A DNA stretch of 64,000 nt from assembly GCA_964409505.1 (NCBI GenBank), contig CAYPDK010000024.1:396-64395 (forward strand), in the 5' to 3' direction. The position numbers and the translations under genes are program-made. The DNA comes from an uncultured Rickettsiaceae bacterium (lineage in GTDB: Bacteria > Pseudomonadota > Alphaproteobacteria > Rickettsiales > Rickettsiaceae). Below the pieces are notes generated by a model. It saw only the letters and a list, made by a program, of their open reading frames with translations. It was not told the DNA's origin and did no database searches. Shown here one piece after another: positions 9,479 to 19,388 of this stretch; within the stretch, counting starts at the first letter, position 1; every line of letters starts with the position of its first letter.

Positions 9479-11176
9479 ATGAAAAATACAATCAATTCTA
9501 TCGTTAAAAAAATTTTAATAGCTCTTTACTTATATGCTTTGATTTTACTAATCGGTAATTTACTTGGCGTATCCATGAATTATTTTGGAGGTATGGAGTA
9601 CCCATTAGGAGCAGATATGGTTGTAATAGTAAATGCTTGGAGTGTAATACAATTTTTATATTCACAATGGGATAATTTGAATCATTATGAAATATATTTT
9701 AAATTAAAAGTTGCTCTTGCTTCCTCTATTGCTGTGCCTATCATTGTTTTTGTTGTGATTTTTTTTTTACATCGAAAAAAATTGGACAAAATAGATATTT
9801 TCAAGAAAAAGGAGGAGGCATATGGATCTGCTCAATGGGCACATAAAAGTGATATTGAAAAGGCAAACTTACGCTCTAAAAAGGGTATGTTGCTTGGTGA
9901 GGATGATGATGGATATTTTGTTGCGGATGGGTTTCAACATGCTCTTTTATTTGCTCCTACTGGATCTGGTAAAGGGGTTGGTTTTGTTATACCTAATTTG
10001 TTATTTTGGGAAGATTCTCTTGTTGTTCATGACATTAAGCTTGAAAATTACGAGCTTACAAGTGGTTGGAGAAAAAAAATGGGACAAGAGGTTTTTGTAT
10101 GGGAACCTTCTAATTCTGATGGTGTAACTCATTGCTATAACCCTATTGATTGGATTAGTACTAAGCCAGGACAAATGGTTGATGATATACAGAAAATCGC
10201 TAATTTGATTATGCCAGAAAAAGAATTTTGGACTAATGAGTCTAGGAGTTTATTTTTAGGAGTAGTTCTTGCTATACTTGTTGATTCTAGCAAGGAGAAG
10301 ACTTTTGGAGAGGTTGTTCGTACTATGCGAAGTGATGATGTTGCTTATAATTTGTCTGTAATACTTGATGTGCTTGGAGATATGATACATCCAGTAGGAT
10401 ATATGAATATTTCAGCTTTCTTACAAAAGGCTGAAAAAGAACGCTCTGGTGTGATATCTACCATGAACTCTTCTCTTGAGTTGTGGGCTAATCCCTTAAT
10501 AGATAAGGCTACATCTAAGTCTGATTTTAATTTTTCAGAATTTAGAAAAAAAAGAGTCACTGTATATGTAGGTCTTACTCCCGATAACGTTAGTAGATTA
10601 CAAAAATTGATGCAAGTCTTCTATCAGCAAGCAACTGAATTCTTAACTAGAAAAATGCCAGATAAAAAACATGAACCTTACGGAGTCATGTTTTTGATGG
10701 ATGAGTTTCCTACACTTGGTAAAATGGAACAATTTAAGACTGGAATTGCATATTTTAGAGGCTATCATGTAAGATTATTTTTGATAGTGCAAGATACTCA
10801 ACAATTAAAAGGTATATATGAAGAGGCAGGAATGAATTCCTTTTTATCTAATTCAACTTATAGAATTACCTTTGCTGCAAATAATTATGAAACAGCTAAT
10901 TTGATATCACAATTATGTGGAACAAAAACCATAGAAAATGAATCATATAGTAAACCTTCATTTGGGTTGAGTCTTGCTTCTAGAAGTAAGAGTGTCTCTA
11001 ATATACAAAGAGCACTTCTTCTTCCTCAAGAAGTGATACAGTTACCAAGAGATGAACAGATTGTTCTTATCGAGTCTCATCCTCCAATAAAAAGTAAAAA
11101 GATTTTTTATTTTAAGGATAAATTTTTTACAAAAAGAATTCTTCCTCCAATTAAAGTTCCAATTCAAAAATTGTAG
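9479..11176 (+). CDS. virD4: Type IV secretion coupling protein VirD4
   Basis: 565 aa. Two N-terminal TM segments, Walker A FAPTGSGKGVGFVIPN, Walker B FLMDEFPTLGK, and the conserved LFLIVQDTQQL motif of TraG/VirD4 proteins. Confidence 0.94.
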   Translation: MKNTINSIVKKILIALYLYALILLIGNLLGVSMNYFGGMEYPLGADMVVIVNAWSVIQFLYSQWDNLNHYEIYFKLKVALASSIAVPIIVFVVIFFLHRKKLDKIDIFKKKEEAYGSAQWAHKSDIEKANLRSKKGMLLGEDDDGYFVADGFQHALLFAPTGSGKGVGFVIPNLLFWEDSLVVHDIKLENYELTSGWRKKMGQEVFVWEPSNSDGVTHCYNPIDWISTKPGQMVDDIQKIANLIMPEKEFWTNESRSLFLGVVLAILVDSSKEKTFGEVVRTMRSDDVAYNLSVILDVLGDMIHPVGYMNISAFLQKAEKERSGVISTMNSSLELWANPLIDKATSKSDFNFSEFRKKRVTVYVGLTPDNVSRLQKLMQVFYQQATEFLTRKMPDKKHEPYGVMFLMDEFPTLGKMEQFKTGIAYFRGYHVRLFLIVQDTQQLKGIYEEAGMNSFLSNSTYRITFAANNYETANLISQLCGTKTIENESYSKPSFGLSLASRSKSVSNIQRALLLPQEVIQLPRDEQIVLIESHPPIKSKKIFYFKDKFFTKRILPPIKVPIQKL

Positions 11177-11247
11177 GAGAGTGTATCAGAATCAAAAGAA
11201 TAGATTTATATCCTAATATGATTTTTCTACTTTTATTATCTTATATA

Positions 11248-11285
11248 TCAGCAACATCATCATTATTCAGCAACATCATCATTAT
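11248..11285. repeat. Perfect 19-bp tandem duplication (tcagcaacatcatcattat x2) spanning the stop codon of the 710-aa gene
   Basis: Copy 1 is 11248-11266 and copy 2 is 11267-11285, read directly. Confidence 0.95.
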
Positions 11286-13395
11286 TGTTATTTCCAACAA
11301 GGTTTAGTGAATAATCTGTATATATAGCGGATGTTATAGGTACAGTATCATCTTCACTTGCTGCAAGCGCAGTAGAGGAGGATGTTGTAGGCACATTTGT
11401 TTGTGAAGTTTTTTCTTCAGCTTGAAAAGTTATTTTTTTCAACTCTCCTAGGAGTTCTTCAAAGTGAGTATCATCTAACATTTGTTCGGTTTTTTGTACA
11501 TCTGATAACAGCTCTTGTAATTTTTCAAAAGAATCTTGATTTAATGCTTTTTTTTCCAGTGTTTTTATCAAGAATTTTTGTAATTTTTCAAGTTGGTGTG
11601 CAGTTAATACTAAATTTGTTGCTGAGAATATTAATGTTATTTGCAGTTCTTTAAATTGAATATTATTCTCTAATTCTACTAGACTTGCTAGTAAATTCAG
11701 CTGTTTTGATAGAAGTTGTTCTAAAGTCAAATTTCCTTCCTTTAATTTATTGAAAAGTGGAGCTGTTTTTTTTTGAAAAGTAACTAAATTGTCTTCTCGA
11801 GAAATTTGTTTGTTGTTTTCTATAAAAAAGGTTATTCTGATTTCATCAGGATTGAAATATTTGTCTACATTAGCTTTAATGTAACATCCATCAGGGAATA
11901 TGCCAGTAATATTTATACATTCTTTTTTTATTTTTATATATTCAGCCATATTATTTGCACATTTACTCCAAATTATTCGATCTATTGCTGTAAAGTTTTC
12001 TAGTATATATGTACCTAGTACTTTTTGAGTATCATGAAGTATGAAAGCACGTAATGTGCACAGGGTTGACTCTGTTTTTTCACATATATAATCAGAGAAC
12101 ATGCTATGCATTTCTTTGACAAGGGTTTCAAGAGTGTGTGTTTGTTTGAGTTCTTGTTTTATTTGTAAAGCAAATTTCTTATCATTTAAAGTATTTGTTA
12201 CACGATCTACCATATCTTTGAATAGTACCTCAGAATTTTTTGTATCTTTTGCCCTTAGGGCAGTTGCGTCTTGGTGGATTTTAAGGTAAGGAGCAAAAAC
12301 TTCTGCTTCTAAATTTTTAATCATTTTTTGTGCTAAGTTTTCACATAAATTATTAAATTCTGTGCTCAAGAAAAAAGGAGTTAGATTTTTATTAAACTTT
12401 TTAAGTGCTTCTACTTTTACTTTTGGTGATATTGTTTCTCTATTTTCTGGTAGCGGGGTTTGTGCATTTGGTATTTGTAAGTGTAAGTCTGTTAGTATTT
12501 TTTCTATTAATTGTTTTTCTTTTTCTAGTAATTTTTGTTCCAGTGCTATTTGTTTTCTTATTTGTTCTTTTTGTTCCTTTTTTAGTGCTTCTTCTTTCTT
12601 TTTTCGGTCTATCTCGTCTGCTAGTTGAATTTGAATTAATTTAGAAAGCTTGTCTTTTATATATAAATCATTTACTTCTTCAGCTTTTTGTATTAATTGA
12701 GTTAAAGAGTAACCTGCTAATGTATTTATTCTATTAGAAAATTCTTGTTTTTGTTGCTCAATTGTTGCAGTCTCTTTTATAAGTTTTTCTAGATGATCAA
12801 AATTTTCTATATATTGGAGATCTTGTGGTAGCATATTCTCTAATACCAGATCCTTCTTTTCTTGTTTTTTTGGGGGTAGTTCTTTTACTAGGGTTTCTAG
12901 TTGTTTTTTTTTTGTTTTTAGTATGTCTAGTTTTTCTTCTTTAGTTTTTTTTAAACTTGCTAGTCGTTCCCTTAGTGCTTCGGTAGAGTTATTGAGTATT
13001 TGTGTTTGTACTTTTTGTATGTTTTTTTCTAAATTTTTTTGTATATGATTTTCTAATTTAGGTATATCTAATTCTAATGTACGGATTTCTTTTGTCTTGC
13101 TCCGTATTTCATTATCCTCTTCTACAGATTTTATGATTTGTGTTTTAAGAGATGTTAATCGAGAATTCAATTCTCGAACTTTTTGAAAAATTTGATGGAT
13201 ATTATCTCTAGAACTAGTGAACTGTAAATTATTGTCTTTTATAAGGTTTATTGTAGACTCAAAAGTATTTAGGAACTGTTCATTATCTATTATATCTGGG
13301 TATAAATTTGGTGAAAAAAGCTTCTCTATTATTTTTTTTCTTAAAAATTCTTTTAACTCTTTAGTGAGTTGTTCTTTTTGTGTTGAATAATCCAT
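11263..13395 (-). CDS. Hypothetical 710-aa coiled-coil protein; candidate secreted effector
   Basis: Long uninterrupted ORF convergent with virD4 (86-nt gap). Strongly E/K/Q/L-rich with heptad-like stretches (e.g. KKKEEALKKEQKEQIRKQIALEQKLLEKEKQLIEK). No TM segment, signal peptide or enzyme motif recognised. Acidic tail ...DYSLNLVGNNNNDDVAE. Confidence 0.7.
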   Translation of the reverse strand: MDYSTQKEQLTKELKEFLRKKIIEKLFSPNLYPDIIDNEQFLNTFESTINLIKDNNLQFTSSRDNIHQIFQKVRELNSRLTSLKTQIIKSVEEDNEIRSKTKEIRTLELDIPKLENHIQKNLEKNIQKVQTQILNNSTEALRERLASLKKTKEEKLDILKTKKKQLETLVKELPPKKQEKKDLVLENMLPQDLQYIENFDHLEKLIKETATIEQQKQEFSNRINTLAGYSLTQLIQKAEEVNDLYIKDKLSKLIQIQLADEIDRKKKEEALKKEQKEQIRKQIALEQKLLEKEKQLIEKILTDLHLQIPNAQTPLPENRETISPKVKVEALKKFNKNLTPFFLSTEFNNLCENLAQKMIKNLEAEVFAPYLKIHQDATALRAKDTKNSEVLFKDMVDRVTNTLNDKKFALQIKQELKQTHTLETLVKEMHSMFSDYICEKTESTLCTLRAFILHDTQKVLGTYILENFTAIDRIIWSKCANNMAEYIKIKKECINITGIFPDGCYIKANVDKYFNPDEIRITFFIENNKQISREDNLVTFQKKTAPLFNKLKEGNLTLEQLLSKQLNLLASLVELENNIQFKELQITLIFSATNLVLTAHQLEKLQKFLIKTLEKKALNQDSFEKLQELLSDVQKTEQMLDDTHFEELLGELKKITFQAEEKTSQTNVPTTSSSTALAASEDDTVPITSAIYTDYSLNLVGNNNNDDVAE

Positions 13396-13553
13396 AATTC
13401 TAATAATTAAGTTAAATAAGTATCAAAGGGTTTTCCTAAAGACTTGTGTATGAAAAGACAAATCGGTACAACTCAAGCATGCAGACAGGGCGTGTAGTTC
13501 ATGAACTAATTATTTGTTGCAGAATTAATACTTCTTAAGATAATATTAACCAA

Positions 13554-13757
13554 CTATGCTTCATGTCTTCTTTTGTAGAGCATCTTTTTCAGGCGTTTTT
13601 GAGTTTCTTGCTTTTTTCTTACCTTTTTCATAGAAGGACTCTCATAAAATCTAGACATCTTCATCAACCTAAAAACTAATTCTCGTTGCATTTTTCTTTT
13701 AAGTTCTTTTAAAGCCTTTTCTCTTTCTCCTCCATGAACAATAACTTGTAACGCCAC
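13554..13757 (-). CDS. rpsU: 30S ribosomal protein S21
   Basis: 67 aa, highly basic. Matches the S21 pattern (VxV..gE..EkAlk.lKRk...E....l....fYE.PS.kk). Confidence 0.85.
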   Translation of the reverse strand: MALQVIVHGGEREKALKELKRKMQRELVFRLMKMSRFYESPSMKKVRKKQETQKRLKKMLYKRRHEA

Positions 13758-13877
13758 TAAATTTTCCTCGATATTGATTTTGTTAAATTGCTGATTATTT
13801 ACTTTATTTGAGACATTATCTTATATAAACTGTTTTAAGTCAAGCAAAATAATAAACAACTCTATGCTGTAATACAT

Positions 13878-14579
13878 ATGAAAGAAGAAATTTTAATAGA
13901 ACAAAAAAGGAAAGAAGTGTTTTTTCAAAATTTTTATGAAAATCCTGAATATGATATTTTTTTCCAAAAATTATCTCTTTACTTGATATCTTATGATATA
14001 AATGCTAAAAACTTAGATCATTTTAGTGAAATTAATTCTTCAAGCCAGATTCAGCACTGGAGAATGCTATTTTTTGATAATATTGAAAATCTTATGGAGT
14101 GTTTTGATAAATGGCAGACCCAAAGGGCATTTTATATTTTAGAAGAAAAAAATGAGAAAGAAAAACTCCTAGAAAATCTTGAGCCTAAAAGAGTATCTCT
14201 TGTGGATAAATTAGCATTGATATTACAGACAAAAATTTTATCTGTAGTCGATAAAAGAGTATTTTTAAAGCAACAAGCATTTTTTGTGTCTTCTATGAAC
14301 AAGTGCCTCTATACTAATGCTAGTAAGTATTTTTGTGACCTTGCATGGAGATATGTAGGGGATAAATCTTTAGATTTTAATTTTTATAGTAAAAGAATAT
14401 CTCTTTTTATGGTTTATAAACTATCTTGTATTTTTTATTTATCCGATTCTTCAGAGGGATTCCTAGAAACGAAGATTTTTATTCGGGACTTTCTTGGTAT
14501 GTTTGTAAATTTTGGACGTTATAAACAAAATTTTATGACAAAATTCCAAAATATCCCTATTATTAGAATGTTCTTGTAA
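13878..14579 (+). CDS. COQ9-family protein (rpsU-divergently-transcribed protein)
   Basis: The C-terminal segment DLAWRYVGDKSLDFNFYSKRISLFMVYKLSCIFYLSDSSEGFLETKIFIRDFL follows the COQ9 signature (W..aGD.S.D.N.YtKR..L..vY......l.D.S..f..T..Fl..R). Divergent arrangement with rpsU is the defining synteny of this alphaproteobacterial family. Confidence 0.65.
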   Translation: MKEEILIEQKRKEVFFQNFYENPEYDIFFQKLSLYLISYDINAKNLDHFSEINSSSQIQHWRMLFFDNIENLMECFDKWQTQRAFYILEEKNEKEKLLENLEPKRVSLVDKLALILQTKILSVVDKRVFLKQQAFFVSSMNKCLYTNASKYFCDLAWRYVGDKSLDFNFYSKRISLFMVYKLSCIFYLSDSSEGFLETKIFIRDFLGMFVNFGRYKQNFMTKFQNIPIIRMFL

Positions 14580-14674
14580 TCAAATATTTGATTTTCCATA
14601 TTGAATTGAGTAATATTTGTCGTTGAAATTCGCCTTAATTTATTCGTTAGTCAGAAAATATATTTTATTTACGT

Positions 14675-17600
14675 ATGTTATATAAACCCTTTTTAGAAAA
14701 TAGCTCTAGTACTAATGTAGTTAAAATAGAGGAACTAATTTTAAAATTTTGGAAAAAAAATAATATTTTTCAGGAATCTGTCAATCAAAGATCTAGGACT
14801 ATTAAAGGTAAAAGTAATGAGTTTATTTTTTATGATGGTCCTCCATTTGCCAATGGATTGCCCCATTATGGGCACTTGCTTACGGGTTTTATAAAAGATA
14901 CTTATGCAAGATATCAGACTATTAAGGGAAAGAGAGTTGAAAGAGTTTTTGGATGGGATTGTCATGGTCTTCCTGCAGAGCTTGGCGCAGAAAAAGACTT
15001 ACAGATTTCTGGTAGAAAGGACATAATAAATTTTGGAATTGAAAAATTTAATTCTTACTGCAAAAAATCTGTTATGTTATATGCAAATCAGTGGAGAATT
15101 TATGTTCAAAGACAAGCTCGTTGGGTAGATTTTGACAATTCTTACAAGACTATGGATATGAATTTTATGGAATCTGTCTTATGGGCCTTTAAATCTCTCT
15201 ATGATAAGGGATTAGTGTATCAAGATTTACGAGTTATGCCTTATTCTTGGGCTTGTGAGACTCCTTTATCTAATTTTGAAACTAAATTAGATAATTCTTA
15301 TAGACCGAGGGAAGACAAGACTGTGACCGTTTCTTTTTTATTAAAAAATGTCTCTGAGCGCCTAAGAGGTCTATTTGAAAAAAATATTGCTTCTTATAAA
15401 ATTTTGGTATGGACTACTACTCCTTGGACTTTGCCTTCTAATTTAGCTCTTGGAGTCGGAAAAGATATAAAATATGTGTGTATTACAGTACGAGATACAT
15501 GTTATATTTTAGCTAAATCATCTCTAAAATTTTACTATAAAGAGCTTGGAATTGAATTGAAAAATATTTCTTCTTATCCGTGCATCCTTGGTCAAGATCT
15601 TCAGGGAATGAGCTATTCTCCTTTATTTTCTTATTTTATTAATCATAAAAATGCATTTAGAGTTATATTATGTGATTTTGTTATTGAAGGTGAGGGGACT
15701 GGAATTATTCATATGGCTCCTGGTTTTGGAGAAGAAGATCGAGAGGCTTGTAAGAAAAATTCTATAGATATTGTATGTCCAGTTGATTCTAAGGGAAAAT
15801 TTACAGAGCAAGTAAGTGATTATTTTGGAGTACATGTTTTTGACTCTAATGCATTAATTATAAATTATCTTAAGAATCAGGGGTACCTTATAAAGCAGGA
15901 AAATTATATCCATAATTATCCTCATTGTTGGAGAACTGATACTGCTCTTATATATAAAGCTGTGCCTTCATGGTATATTAAAGTTACACAAATTAGGGAT
16001 CGAATGGTTGAACTGAATAAGCAAATTAATTGGATTCCACCTCATATTAAAGATGGTCTTTTTGGAAAGTGGATTCAAAACGCTAAGGATTGGTCTATCA
16101 GTAGGAATAGATTTTGGGGTACTCCTATTCCTATATGGATATCTAATGATCCTAAATATCCAAGAATTGACGTATATGGCTCTGTTGCCGATCTTGAAAA
16201 AGATTTTAATACCAAAATTGTTGATCTCCATAGAGAATTTTTAGACAAGCTCACTCGCAAAAACCCTAATGATCCTACAGGAAAGTCTTATATGATAAGA
16301 ATTGAGGATGTGTTTGATTGCTGGTTTGAAAGTGGTTCTATGCCTTATGCTCAGGTGCATTATCCTTTTGAGAATAAAGAATGGTTTTTAAACCATTTCC
16401 CAGCAGATTTTATTGTTGAATATTCAGCCCAAACTAGAGGATGGTTTTATACTTTGATGGTTTTATCTACTGCATTATTTGATAAACCTCCTTTTTTAAA
16501 TGCTATATGTCATGGAGTTATATTAGATATTAATGGTTTGAAATTATCTAAAAGACTAAATAATTACTTGGATCCCACAGAGATCTTTGATAAATATGGA
16601 GCTGATTCTTTAAGGGCTATGATGTTATCTTCTAATGTTGTCAAGGGAGAGGAGCTGTTGATTGATAAAGAAGGAAAAGTTATTTTTGAAAAATTGCGTA
16701 ATTTTATTAATCCTATCCTAAGTTCTTATAATTTTTTTTCTTTATATGCAAACTTAGATAAAATTTCTCCTGAATTTAGATTTGATTCTTCAAACTTACT
16801 TGATAGATATATTATTTCTCAGTTAAAACTTACAGTTTTAGAGATTAGTCATAATTTAGATATTTTTGACACTTATTCAGCATATCATTCGCTATATCAC
16901 TTTGTAGATGTATTGAATAATTGGTATATAAGGCGAAGTCGAGATAGATTTTGGAAAAATATCCACGATAAGGATAAATACCAGGCGTATAACACTTTAT
17001 ATAGTTGTTTGCTTGTTTTTGTAAGTAGTATATCCCCTCTACTTCCTATGGTCTCTGAGTACATATATCTTAATCTTAAGAAGATAGATATAGTTGAGTC
17101 AGAATCTAATCTTGTTAGTGTCCATTTAATAGATTTCCCTAGTTTAGACTTTATTACACTAGATCATGATTTAATCCGTTTTATGAACTTGATTCTTGAT
17201 ATTTGTACTGTATCTTTAGCACTTAGGAATAAGCATAATATTCGCATTCGTCAACCTCTGGTGTCATTAACAATTGTAATGCAAGATCAAAATCTTCTAT
17301 CACAAATAAAAAATTTTGAATATCTTATCAAGGACGAAATAAATGTCAAATCTGTTATCTATGTTTCTCAAGTTCAAAACTATGTGAAATATAAGTTGAG
17401 TATTAATTATTCTGTTTTAGCTAAAAGAATTCCTCATAAGATTAAAGATATAGTGAAAGATGTAGAACTAAATAAATGGACTCTACATACAAATGGCTCT
17501 GTTATGATATCTGGTCAATTACTTAGAGAATATGAGTTTGTTATGAGTATACTTCCTCAAAATAATAATGCTTTTGTTTTGAATCACCATCAGGGGCTTA

Positions 17601-17884
17601 TTATGCTCGATACTGATATTTCACAAGAACTATTTGAAGAAGGACTTGCTCGAGATTTAATTAGAATCATCCAAAATATCAGAAAAGATTTAGGCTTTAA
17701 GGTTTCTGATAGGATTGATATTTATATTGATACTTTGGGAGAAAAATTATTAGAAAACATCATTTCCTCTTATAAAGACTTTATTGTAAAGCAAACTTTG
17801 ACAAATTTTATAAAAAATGATTATTTTTCTTATTCTAGAAATGTTATTTTAGATAAAAAAAATATTATTATTTATGTAAATTAA
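14675..17884 (+). CDS. ileS: Isoleucine--tRNA ligase, eukaryote-like type 2
   Basis: 1069 aa. FYDGPPFANGLPHYGHLL (HIGH), GWDCHGLP, KMSKS variant KLSKRL. Length and C-terminus are of the type 2 form typical of Rickettsiales. Confidence 0.95.
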   Translation: MLYKPFLENSSSTNVVKIEELILKFWKKNNIFQESVNQRSRTIKGKSNEFIFYDGPPFANGLPHYGHLLTGFIKDTYARYQTIKGKRVERVFGWDCHGLPAELGAEKDLQISGRKDIINFGIEKFNSYCKKSVMLYANQWRIYVQRQARWVDFDNSYKTMDMNFMESVLWAFKSLYDKGLVYQDLRVMPYSWACETPLSNFETKLDNSYRPREDKTVTVSFLLKNVSERLRGLFEKNIASYKILVWTTTPWTLPSNLALGVGKDIKYVCITVRDTCYILAKSSLKFYYKELGIELKNISSYPCILGQDLQGMSYSPLFSYFINHKNAFRVILCDFVIEGEGTGIIHMAPGFGEEDREACKKNSIDIVCPVDSKGKFTEQVSDYFGVHVFDSNALIINYLKNQGYLIKQENYIHNYPHCWRTDTALIYKAVPSWYIKVTQIRDRMVELNKQINWIPPHIKDGLFGKWIQNAKDWSISRNRFWGTPIPIWISNDPKYPRIDVYGSVADLEKDFNTKIVDLHREFLDKLTRKNPNDPTGKSYMIRIEDVFDCWFESGSMPYAQVHYPFENKEWFLNHFPADFIVEYSAQTRGWFYTLMVLSTALFDKPPFLNAICHGVILDINGLKLSKRLNNYLDPTEIFDKYGADSLRAMMLSSNVVKGEELLIDKEGKVIFEKLRNFINPILSSYNFFSLYANLDKISPEFRFDSSNLLDRYIISQLKLTVLEISHNLDIFDTYSAYHSLYHFVDVLNNWYIRRSRDRFWKNIHDKDKYQAYNTLYSCLLVFVSSISPLLPMVSEYIYLNLKKIDIVESESNLVSVHLIDFPSLDFITLDHDLIRFMNLILDICTVSLALRNKHNIRIRQPLVSLTIVMQDQNLLSQIKNFEYLIKDEINVKSVIYVSQVQNYVKYKLSINYSVLAKRIPHKIKDIVKDVELNKWTLHTNGSVMISGQLLREYEFVMSILPQNNNAFVLNHHQGLIMLDTDISQELFEEGLARDLIRIIQNIRKDLGFKVSDRIDIYIDTLGEKLLENIISSYKDFIVKQTLTNFIKNDYFSYSRNVILDKKNIIIYVN

Positions 17885-17910
17885 GGCGCCTTAAATTGAT
17901 ACATTATGTT

Positions 17911-18657
17911 TTAGTACCTTATCTTAAAAAGATATAGACCTAATGCTGGAACTGTCGGACCTGCGTTATTTCTATTTTTGGAGAGTAGAATTTGCTGCAT
18001 TTTATAAGGAGGATATTTGTTTTTTCCTACTAATATTAGTGTTCCTACTATATTTCTCACCATCTTATATAGAAAGGATTTCGCCTTTACATGTATGTGA
18101 ATGGTATCATTGAATTTTTCTATATGTATTGAGTCTAGAGTTTTTATAGGTGATTTGGACTGACAACCTTTAGCTTTAAAAGCACTAAAATCGTGTTTCC
18201 CTATTAGGTAATTTGCTCCTGATTGCATGTTTTCTATGTCAAGTATTGGGTACTTTATTAGGTATTTTTGTCCACTATCTATAGCAGAAGGGCTATTTCT
18301 GTTAAGTATCTTATATAAATATTCTTTTTGTTCTACAGAAAATCTTGCATGAAAATTATTTTCTACTATTGTACATTCAAGTATCACAATTTTTTCTGGC
18401 TTTACATAATGGTTTATTGCAGTTTTTATTTTATATGGATCATAAAATTTTTCTAGCTCAAAATGAGCAACTTGACAATATGCATGTACTCCAGAATCTG
18501 TTCTACTAGCTCCAAACACATTAACCAATTCCTTGGTAAAAATAGCTATAGCTTTTTCTAGTTCAAATTGAACAGACATTTTATCTTTTTGTTTTTGCCA
18601 ACCACAAAAATTTGTTCCTACATATTCTAAGATGAGTTTATATCTTGTTTTCGACAT
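17911..18657 (-). CDS. truA: tRNA pseudouridine(38-40) synthase
   Basis: 248 aa. YKLILEYVGTNFCGWQKQ N-terminus and catalytic Asp context GASRTDSGVHA. Confidence 0.92.
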   Translation of the reverse strand: MSKTRYKLILEYVGTNFCGWQKQKDKMSVQFELEKAIAIFTKELVNVFGASRTDSGVHAYCQVAHFELEKFYDPYKIKTAINHYVKPEKIVILECTIVENNFHARFSVEQKEYLYKILNRNSPSAIDSGQKYLIKYPILDIENMQSGANYLIGKHDFSAFKAKGCQSKSPIKTLDSIHIEKFNDTIHIHVKAKSFLYKMVRNIVGTLILVGKNKYPPYKMQQILLSKNRNNAGPTVPALGLYLFKIRY

Positions 18658-19159
18658 TTTTATTTGATTGCTTGTTATCTTTTTTTATAAAAAACATTAA
18701 TAAAAAAACACTTCCTAAAGAGATACTCATATCCGCAACATTAAATACAGGAAAATAAAAATTTTTATGATGAAACCATATGAAATCAAATACAGCCCCC
18801 CTTAGTAATCGGTCAATATTATTGCCTAATCCTCCCCCAATTATAAATATAAAACTTAATTTGGAATAGATGTTATCTATTCCTTGTCTTACCAAAATAA
18901 AAGCGAAATAAAATATTATTAATGTGTTGAGTAATAAGAAAAATAAATTACTATGCTTATATTTTTGTAATATACCAAAACCTATACCATCATTCCACAT
19001 GGGGATAAAATCTAAAAAAAAATATACTTCAATAATATCTGGAGTTAAATTATTTTTAAAATAATTGATCAATATGTATTTGGTTATTTGATCTGCAAAT
19101 ACTATGGATAATATTCCGAAAAAAATATAGAAAATTGTTCTATTAGTTTGTGTATTCAT
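18638..19159 (-). CDS. lspA: Lipoprotein signal peptidase (signal peptidase II)
   Basis: 173 aa, four hydrophobic segments. Conserved NDGIGFG and FNVADMSISLG motifs. The 3' end overlaps the truA start by 20 nt. Confidence 0.9.
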   Translation of the reverse strand: MNTQTNRTIFYIFFGILSIVFADQITKYILINYFKNNLTPDIIEVYFFLDFIPMWNDGIGFGILQKYKHSNLFFLLLNTLIIFYFAFILVRQGIDNIYSKLSFIFIIGGGLGNNIDRLLRGAVFDFIWFHHKNFYFPVFNVADMSISLGSVFLLMFFIKKDNKQSNKNVENKI

Positions 19160-19388
19160 TCTATTCTTGATGAGGTGTTTATTTAATAAAATAACTTGTA
19201 TAAAATTTTTTCTTTAAGAGTTAGTATATCAAGTAACTTTGTTTGAAAATGCTCTTTCCTTATCTACAACTTATTAAAATTAGTTCAACAAAAAGTATCT
19301 GCTTAAAAAAAGCAAGTAATTTTAGATGTAAAAAACTATGTTTGTAGATGGTAACTTGTAGCTCTAAAATGAATCAAATAGTCTTGCA

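Noticed and set aside
12362-12644. Two overlapping plus-strand ORFs (88 and 79 aa), plus 11397..11654, 11806..12003 and 12101..12289
   Set aside because: All are antisense to the 710-aa coiled-coil gene. Lys/Glu codon runs read backwards give Phe/Leu/Ser-rich pseudo-ORFs.
14211-14219. Perfect DnaA-box 9-mer TGTGGATAA
   Set aside because: It is a single copy inside the COQ9-like coding sequence with no cluster or AT-rich unwinding element context, so it is not an origin.
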